60,580 bases of DNA, taken from assembly GCA_001938485.1 (NCBI GenBank), contig MQRK01238420.1:1-60580 (forward strand), given 5' to 3'. This DNA is from Girardia tigrina (lineage: Eukaryota). The notes below the pieces were generated by a model. The model was given only the letters and a program-made list of their open reading frames with translations, searched no databases and had not been told where the DNA came from. Shown one piece after another: positions 53,401 through 60,580 of the stretch. Position numbers and translations under genes: made by a program. Numbering within the stretch: position 1 is the stretch's first letter; the number at the start of each line of letters is the position of its first letter.

Positions 53401-56400
53401 AATAAAATTACTACCGGTATTCAACACGCTTTAAAAAGAAATAATAACACCTAGAAATATTTGATTTACGAGCAAAGTATTCTAAATAATTAATAATGCA
53501 GTAAAACAAACAATTAGTCACTGTTAATTTATGTACATTCAGCGTTTCAATGCAAAATAAAAATAAACCTCTAAAAGCCGTATATCTGGTTTTGTTCTAA
53601 GACTTTCGACTAGTATTGTATTTCTATAATTTTACTGAAAAGTTTTTATTTAAAATTATTATATATATTTTCAATATTTTTTTTAAAATACTTTCTCCAA
53701 GTTTACTTGTTTCATTGTAAGAGGCATTCACCACACACATAATTCATTCATTATTTTTAAAAATAACTTATTATTATTTTGGTTTTTGAGAATTGAAGAT
53801 AGAATTTGACTTTTAGGTTTAAAGGTTTTTCAAAGATTAATTGTCTAAAAATTAAAAACAAAAATTTTTCTGATATCTGATAATTTTCAACATGATCCCG
53901 ATAAATCCGTTGAAGAAACATCTTTATTCAGGGTTTCCTTAAAGCCTAGAGATATAATTAAAAATACAATTTTTCAATAGATGTTGTGGTGCCGACAGCC
54001 GAACCGAGTGGCGGNNNNNNNACGTGCCGGGACTTGGGGCTCAGAGAGATCGCCACGTCGGTTCGACGGCGTCTAGTTGCCGATCCTGTCCGGTGATCAT
54101 TGGTTGATATGTCATGGGATGTCGGTCCCGCGATCGGCTTGCGGCGGTTCCGCTTCTGTGAACGCTGATACCGCTCCGTTCGTCGAAATACGGCCCGAGT
54201 GTGCGATCAGTAAAATTGTGGGGATCCATCATGCAATTGTGTGAGGTGATAGCGACGGGATTTGACCGATTGGGACCGGTGCCGCACAGTGTGGTTTCCG
54301 TCTATATCATCATCGGGTAAAAACATCCGAACGACGATTAATATTCAATATTGATCAAAAATATATAAAAAACGTTCATAATTTTTATTCAAAAACTAAA
54401 CATTAATATTTGAAATTGTGTTCTCTTCCAATATTTGTTTCATTTAATTAAACAAATCATTTATTAAAAAAGTTTTTTTAACAGTTTTTGCATTATCAGT
54501 TGTTTGACCGAAACCCCATAGATGTAATAAATAAACCAAGAGTTTTATAATTTGAATATTTAATAACATCTTCAATACTAAGGTGATTCAAAACTTTTTC
54601 GTCTTTTTATGCCTTAAATTGTGACAATTATTTTATAAGATAGTTATATTTTAGCATTATTCATTATTATATTATTTATTATGGTATTACATGACAAATC
54701 TTCTTGTATAGTGTTGGTGTATTCATTAAACGTTTGTTTGTTTATTCCTATCAAATTATGGAGATTTAAAAATACAGAATTTTGCAACATTACTGGAAAA
54801 AAGGCTTCAACACAGCTGCTACAGTCCGCGAAATATGTGAAGTAGAAAGTGAAAGTGCGGTCAGTGTTCATGTGTCACAATTGTAGTTCAAGCTTTTCTC
54901 AAGTAGTAAAGTCAATTTAGAACACCAAACTCACTCTGAGAGATCATTTGTTGTTGTTGATGACACTCTACGTCAAGCTCTGAAGGAGCAGCCCTTCACC
55001 AGAACACGGAATTTATCAGTAGAGCTTGGTCCTTCACAACCCACTATTCAACGCCATATTCATCAACTTGGTCCTTGTTAAAAGATGGTGTTGACAAATT
55101 CCTAACGAACTGACAGCCATTCAAGCACAACAACGACTTGAAAAAAGAAAAGAATTGCTTGGTGAACCCCATGACAGGCGTTTTTTTTCAGAAGAATCGG
55201 GCCCGGAGATGAAAAAGTAGTTATTTTCCGTAAACCCAACAAGAAGATTCAGGGACTCTACCCTGGTAAATCCGCCCAACCCGAGGTTAAACAAGGACGT
55301 TTCCATTGAAAGGCTATGCTCTGTGTATGGTAGAATTTCGAAGGTGTGATCCATTTCATGCTGATTCAGCAATTCTTTGCTTTTTTCAAGTCGTTGTTCT
55401 GTGAATATATTTTCATTATAATGCCTTCTTTTAAAAAAAACCAATGAAGAGTTCCTCGGCACTATTTTTATCTTTCATTTATTAAAAAACTTCTTTAGAT
55501 AAAATTATAAAAGATAATATATTATCATAATTAATAACAAATATTTCATTAAGAATTCATGTTCGAAATAAAACGTTCTTACCAAACTGATTAACTTTAA
55601 AATAGAATTTACATCGTCCAAGAATATAAATATAAATCGGATTTTAAGTTTGATAGAATTTTTCATTTGCGATTCAATTTGATTATCTGAGAAATTCCAA
55701 ATATTAATTTGATTTGATTTTATATTTTTATGTGTTAATTTTTCCACCATCATTGCCAGGAATGAGGGATCTGATAAAATGCTTTCAATTACAAATACAT
55801 ATTTGTTCCTTTCTACAATACCCATTTTATTGTTGTGGATTAAAACCACCTCTTTCCATGCCTCTGGTGCTATTAGTTGAATAACGAAATCTGCAAATTT
55901 TAGTTTTGGGTAACCAAACACGTACTCCCTTTTATCTGAAAGAAATAAAACATATAGTTTTAGTTGAAGGGTTCATTTTATAAACCAATTATTATCATGA
56001 ACATTTTCAAATAGCATAAATAGAGCATTAATAAGAGAACTAATATAAATATATATTTAGAAAAGAATATCTAAGTATGTTTGCGTTATATATATTGCCA
56101 GCAAACGTTGAAAAATTGTCCTAATCATCCTTAATATTGTTTCTGTCAAAACAAATTTAATAAAATTTTGAGCAAATCCCGATATTTGCCCGTTTAATTT
56201 TCCGCTGCTGATTTCTCGCCTTGGTCCGGAATTTCAAGGAGGTTTTCAAATCACAAGAAGTCCATTGTTTTTCTACATATAGAGCCACTGCATTTTCCAT
56301 CCCCGGAGGAACGTTTTAGATGAAGGGAAAACTTTGTACCTGAAAACGGGCACTTTGCGGGTACACACTGTGAATGTTCATTAAAATCATTTCCAGATCA

Positions 56401-57357
56401 ATCCTTCAAGAATAACATTTTGAATCGCCTCCTCATGATTAGTCAATTGATATCTGGATTGATGTTTGGCGGCCAACTGTGTTTTTTTCGATATAACTCG
56501 AAAATGATGCATCGTATTTGGAAGTTACTGACTTTGACAGAGAGAGAGAAAGCGTAGAGAGAAAAATAGTTCAATAGCAGTAGGAAAATAGCAGCTGTCA
56601 AGCTGGTTTTTTTACAAGGATATGACGAATGTGCAGCATTAAAAAAACTACTGAAAAACAAATCACGATTTTTGTAATAAACATTTTAAAATTATAATTT
56701 TTTTTAATATCATACGTTATATATTACAAAAATTTAATCTCCATTATAATTAATTCTGAAAAGCATATAAATATATGATGTCAAATATTACATTGTACTT
56801 AATCAAGATAAATTAAATTAGAAATTTATACACCTTAATCAAACATTATACAAAAAAATCACAATAACTTTTATCGAATACAAAAATTACCTCCTTCTAT
56901 TTTAAAAATGGTACTTATAGGTATACCAAAAGTTAGAAATCCAAGCTTTGTAAATTGGTCTACAACAGGTTTCATTTGGGACTCCTCGAGTATAGCAATA
57001 ACAACAACAGAAGTTGCCGATTCACAAACTTAAAGAAACACTAACTATCACGAAAATATAAAATAATTTAACTTTTAAGACTGATTTCAAAATAGTTGTG
57101 ACTTTTCAGTTGAAAGAATTGTAACTTTGGAAAAGTTAGATTTGAAAAGCGCATTTTTATAATTGACTCAACGAAGAGAACATCGTTGTGGATCCGAAGG
57201 TCATTTGATATAATGACTTTAAACAGAAAGGTAAGGACAAAATAAAATAAATAAATATTTTATAATATATAAGTCATAGAAAATGTAAAAACTTACCAAT
57301 TGAATGTATTTCCAAAAAAATTACAAATATAAATGTAAATGATAAAACTTTATTCAT
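29071..57357 (-). CDS. Ionotropic glutamate receptor-family subunit, paralog A (complete, 17 exons, ~835 aa)
   Basis: All-phase-compatible GT-AG exons: 57297-57357 (signal [20 protein letters not shown]), 57073-57216, 56891-57028, 55583-55935, 50869-51051, 50689-50826, 50408-50638, 45989-46098, 43740-43833 ([14 protein letters not shown]), 42334-42476 ([14 protein letters not shown]), 39052-39236 (M1, GSSMQQG), 38913-39002 ([13 protein letters not shown]), 36283-36410 (ADLTSFLTV), 36158-36235, 29466-29638, 29182-29410 (KYW..C, M4), 29071-29100. The last junction is the least certain. Confidence 0.9.
29182..29638 (-). CDS. iGluR paralog A exons 15-16 (S2 end and M4)
   Basis: [15 protein letters not shown]...FNTASMAF and [18 protein letters not shown]...C...LEGISGVYI; intron 29411-29465. 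Confidence 0.9.
29698..30055 (+). mobile_element. Helentron/DINE-1-like non-autonomous element (tentative)
   Basis: accacgttttt sub-terminal motif, (CTGT/TTGT)n microsatellite at 29726-29752, 34 bp internal direct repeat (29813 and 29973); the motif recurs at 30095. Confidence 0.45.
30056..30401. mobile_element. Foldback/MITE-like element: ~135 bp near-perfect inverted arms and ~75 bp spacer
   Basis: 30056-30190 is the reverse complement of 30266-30401; second copy at 40909-41143. Confidence 0.85.
31040..31400 (-). mobile_element. Chapaev3-like transposase C-terminal fragment
   Basis: [32 protein letters not shown]. Confidence 0.7.
32241..35196 (-). mobile_element. Mutator/MULE DNA transposon with SWIM zinc finger, decayed
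   Basis: Long TIRs built of (t)gatcagtatt repeats (32241-32400 / 35040-35196). DAT..., [27 protein letters not shown]; [16 protein letters not shown]. Confidence 0.85.
36158..39236 (-). CDS. iGluR paralog A exons 11-14 (M1, pore loop, M3, S2 start)
   Basis: RPLHWTTW..M1, [51 protein letters not shown]. Confidence 0.9.
38300..38745 (+). repeat. Second copy of Cys-rich exon-like cassette (antisense, in iGluR intron 12)
   Basis: Homologous to 24631-25042; ORF ..[26 protein letters not shown]. Confidence 0.6.
40090..40759 (+). mobile_element. Penelope-like element 3' end (GIY-YIG endonuclease and pLTR)
   Basis: [26 protein letters not shown]...FDHIKSC...[14 protein letters not shown]; followed by a hammerhead motif and (AT)n. 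Confidence 0.85.
40655..40700 (+). ncRNA. Minimal type I hammerhead ribozyme motif (stem I degenerate)
   Basis: CTGACGA-T-GTCAC[AATA]GTGGT-GAAAC ATGT T: core, stem II and palindromic ACATGT stem III. Confidence 0.65.
40909..41143. mobile_element. Second, truncated and reverse-oriented copy of the 30056-30401 foldback element
   Basis: Nearly identical arm plus inverted spacer; cut off at the mariner that follows. Confidence 0.85.
41144..42299 (+). mobile_element. Decayed mariner element (same subfamily as 27192-28473)
   Basis: [35 protein letters not shown]; right TIR ...ttttaaacaacctaa-ta. Confidence 0.9.
43930..45070 (-). mobile_element. Degenerate multi-C2H2 zinc-finger region, probably the N-terminus of an RLE-type (R2/NeSL/CRE-like) non-LTR element
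   Basis: [40 protein letters not shown] and [14 protein letters not shown]; intronless, with in-frame stops, inside an iGluR intron. Confidence 0.5.
46895..47365 (+). mobile_element. 5'-truncated Penelope-like element 3' end
   Basis: NHIIRC...[32 protein letters not shown], homologous to 40420-40590; then hammerhead, AATAAA and (AT)n. Confidence 0.8.
47169..47211 (+). ncRNA. Minimal type I hammerhead ribozyme
   Basis: Stem I cattgca/tgtattg; CTGAAGA-T; stem II GCC[GAAAT]GGT; GAA; palindromic ACGCGT stem III; GUU cleavage triplet. Confidence 0.8.
49510..50084 (+). mobile_element. Small MULE-derived non-autonomous element
   Basis: Imperfect TIRs ggttcatttggtccacgttcatttggac / gtccaaatgatgcgtacctaaatgcaacc; internal [17 protein letters not shown] resembles a MULE C-terminus. 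Confidence 0.5.
51409..52900 (-). mobile_element. hAT DNA transposon remnant
   Basis: Dimerization domain [30 protein letters not shown]; DQAT*WG.TY motif; ggagtcg/cgactcc subterminal repeats at 52769-52892. Confidence 0.8.
52525..52690. repeat. 21-bp minisatellite (aattgttaatttttgaaatac) x ~8 within the hAT element
   Basis: Visible tandem units; gives the spurious KLTIVFQ-repeat ORF. Confidence 0.85.
52905..53390 (-). mobile_element. Tc1-like transposase fragment
   Basis: [33 protein letters not shown]. Confidence 0.8.
54758..55370 (+). mobile_element. Decayed mariner transposase fragment
   Basis: [11 protein letters not shown]..., [21 protein letters not shown]. Confidence 0.75.
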
Positions 57358-58018
57358 CAAATTTATTCTCTCTTAATAATCAAAACCACATTTCTTATAT
57401 ATAGTTTGATAGGAGCCACAAGATTATTCCCTTGAAGTATTCTTTTGATCTCGTTTTCAAAAAGTAGACATCAGTTTATATCCCATTTCTATTAGAAAAA
57501 TATAAAAGCAATATAATAAAGCAAATAAAAAATAATTTTATTAAAAATATTAGTTTCATTATTCTTTTAGAAAAAATTCTAAACAATAAAATTATTTTTC
57601 AAAAAAAATATTTTGAAAATATTCTCTTTTTAATATAATTTTTTTAACTTTTGGTAATTAACGTCTATATATGGTCAAAATTATATTAATATAACAGGGT
57701 TTTTCTTCTTTATAAGCATCTGAAATTTTCTTCATAGACACTGAATGAGATTATTCGAGCACGAATAACCAACGGAAATCCATTGGTCAGACGAATGTAT
57801 TTGTGTTCATGTCAGGTCAATCATGAGGGAGGTTATAGTCTGTGAGAGCCAACATTCAAACACTTATACTATACTCTGTGTAGAGTAGCTAACACAATAC
57901 ACTGTCGGCAGAAAAAAAATGAAAAACTGCTAACACAACAGAGTATTTGCTTATTATGGGGTCAAAAATAGAAGTTAGACAATCATATATGCTCTCAACA
58001 CTAAGATTGAAGCCTCTC

Positions 58019-58235
58019 TCATAAAATCACAAGCAATCCTACAGTACAACCATCATTAGGACCTAGGCTTTTTTGGAGGGGATGAAGTAGGTTGTGTTGC
58101 CGGATCCACCCAATTAGTTGTTTACACAAGAGAGTAGTTAGTAGTTTATAAATGCATACTTGGAGGGTAATACCTCTCCAAGAGGAGGGGAGGTGATATT
58201 CACCATCTTTATTCGCTTTTGGGATCACTAGAGTT
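58019..58235 (-). mobile_element. Non-LTR RT fragment (NeSL/Utopia/R2-like)
   Basis: IPKANKDGEYHLPSSWRGITLQVCIYKLL...W...LLHPLQKSLGPNDGC corresponds to RT domains 1-2. Confidence 0.8.
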
Positions 58236-58240
58236 AAATA

Positions 58241-59070
58241 TTAGGTGTACAACTAATTAATTTCGTATTTGTTACGAAATAACCTTATATTCGTATTTGT
58301 TACATCATTTCATATTTGTTACCTCATTTCGAATTTGTTACTAACCTCATATCTATTTATGTAGTCAATAGTCAATTTTATTGAATTTTAGTAAACACAC
58401 AAATTTTTTTATTACAGTCAAAATGTCAAATTACGTTCCAACAAAACAGCATTTGCCGGGAGGTTTGCTTTTGTTATTTACTTTAAGGAAAAGTGCAACA
58501 GAAGCACATTGTTTACTCTCAGAAGCTTATCCTGAATATGCTCCAGAGGTTAGAGTATGTCAGCAGTAATTTGCATGATTTAAAGTGGCGATTTTGACAC
58601 AGAAGACAAAGAGTGATCAGGTCCATCAAAAAAGTTTGAAGACAAAGAATTGGAGGGATTACTTGATCAAGATCCATGTAAAACTCAAGAAGAACTTGGA
58701 AAAACATTGGAAGTCACTCAACAAGTCATTTCTAAACGTTTAAAAGCAGCCGGATACATTCAGAAACAAAGAAATTGGGTGCCACACGAATTGAAGCCGA
58801 GAGACGTTGAGAGACGATTTTGCATGTCTGAAATACTGCTTAATCGCCATAAAAAAGAAACCGTTTTTACATCGTATTGTCATTGTCGATGAAAAGTGGA
58901 TTCATAACGACAACCCAAAGCGTAAAAGATCATATGTGAAGCCAGGCCAACCAGCCAAATCGACACCAAAGCCGAATATTCATGGTTTGAAGGTAATGCT
59001 CTGTATTTGGTGGGATCAGAAGGGTGTGCTGTACTATGAGCTGTTAAAATCGGGCCAGACGATCACGAGG
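58241..59070 (+). mobile_element. 3'-truncated mariner (mauritiana/Mos1-like)
   Basis: TA + ttaggtgtacaa TIR start; [40 protein letters not shown]; short ttcgtatttgttac tandem in the 5' UTR. Confidence 0.9.
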
Positions 59071-59897
59071 ATACAAGTTGTCCCAATATCTATCTAAAAT
59101 CATCTAAAGCTAAAATACGATATTTATAATAACTTGTAAAATTTGCACTTAAATAAATCTATCTTCGTATAAGAAGTAATTTTCGTTTTGATTTCCTTTT
59201 ACTTTTTTTAATATCATCTCTATACTTTAACACTATGGTACTTCCCGCATATACACAAACGTCCCACGATACGGTACACTGAGGAATGAGTTGATTAAAA
59301 AGGAAAGCTTAATTCATGCACTGATTAAAAAGAGACAACTAAATGTTTACGACGCGGGTGCCTCTGAAACGTAGGTTATCTATCTACAGTTAACATTAAC
59401 CCAGTGACGTTCGTTGTTTTCATTTGCGAACAATAGAAAATTAATTATTTTCATGTCTTAAAATATAAAATATTATTTATATTTTGATCAAGATTGACAG
59501 TTAAGAATTTATTTGTAATCTTAAGTCAAAAGAAATAAAAAATATTTACAAATAATACATTTTGATTTTTTTCAAAATGCGATGTTTTATTCTTAAAAAT
59601 TACCGATGTACTGTAAATAACAATCGCATGAAATCAATAAGAGATAGTGATAATTAAAATCAAAATAAAAACAAATTATAAATCCTAATATATTAAAAAG
59701 TTTAATTGAACGTATTTAAAAAAGAAGTTGAGTGTATGTACATTAATTTACAATTCTTTGATATATCTAAACTGAGGTGATTTTTTTCTCAAGTTTAGGT
59801 CGTTTATGAACATGGTTATTGGAAATATAATTTAAAATTACATTTGTTGGTCCCTTTCTTTCCCAACAAAAAATCTCCGGCAGGGTCAAGTACTTAC

Positions 59898-60246
59898 GTT
59901 CGGGCCCATAGGAACGCGCCCCAAAATTCAAGCTCTTCCTCAAAAAATGTAAGACATGTATTGGGTGGAACATGAAGTCTACCTGTTCTATAAAAATTAA
60001 GAACAGCTGAAAACCAGACATAATCACGGTCAAAAAATGGAACTCCCACATTCTTGTGATCTATGTGACATGAAGCGAGTTTTGTATGAGGTAGCGATGA
60101 TAAGACATCTTCAAAAATTTGAAAGATAGGACCACTGACATTTATTGTCACAATGTCCAGATAATGAATATTTTCATCTCGATAGTTCCAATCCGGATAA
60201 GGGGGCATCTCTTTCGTCAGTTTACTCGCCACTTTATATATATTTT
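59898..60246 (-). CDS. Exon encoding a voltage-gated K+ channel-type T1/BTB tetramerization domain (Shaw-like or KCTD-like)
   Basis: INVSG..F....L..LPHTKLA...FFDRD...F.AVLNFYRTGRLHVP.NTC..FFEEELEFWG; followed by a gtaagt donor. Confidence 0.75.
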
Positions 60247-60470
60247 CTCGATATATATATATATATATCTTTAATATTATCATTAAAAAATCAATATCTT
60301 TTATTAGATATATTTTATTAGTTATCAAAATTTTTAATAATAAGTAAAACATTAAAACAAATTACATTAAAACTTTATAAGGTTTTCCTTTCTTTTTTTA
60401 CATTTTTTTCTTTTCTTAATATAACAAAAGTAATTTTAAGTAATAATTTATAATAATCTTTAAATAAATA

Positions 60471-60580
60471 TTAGGTTGTTCGATATGAAACGGGTCAAAC
60501 TTCACACCTTACATTTCAATCGCGTATAACTTAACTTTGAACTATCGTATGAAAATAAATAAGGTATTTCTTGACAGATA
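60471..60580 (+). mobile_element. Start (TIR) of another mariner-like element
   Basis: TA + ttaggttgttcgatatgaaacggg resembles the other mariner TIRs in the window. Confidence 0.5.

Overview
Very AT-rich, intron-containing animal genomic DNA. Tiny 42-63 nt introns, (AT)n tracts and the transposon spectrum suggest a planarian-like flatworm, but that is inference. Host genes, all on the minus strand: (1) a complete, manually spliced 17-exon ionotropic glutamate receptor (iGluR)-family gene (57357->29071, ~835 aa) with a divergent M3 gate (AYTADLTSF) and a non-canonical ligand pocket; (2) the first four exons of a tandem, highly diverged paralog (12124->1080, running off the left edge); (3) an isolated Kv-type T1/BTB exon at the right edge. 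Introns and intergenic DNA are packed with decayed transposons: mariner, Tc1, rosa-like, pogo, Chapaev3, MULE, hAT, Gypsy, RLE-type LINEs and Penelope-like elements. Two Penelope 3' ends carry minimal hammerhead ribozyme motifs and end at (AT)n tracts. Other oddities: a young ~345 bp foldback element in two copies, a duplicated Cys-rich exon-like cassette, a ~100 bp unclassified dispersed repeat and a GC-rich island. All calls come from manual reading and translation; no database searches were run.
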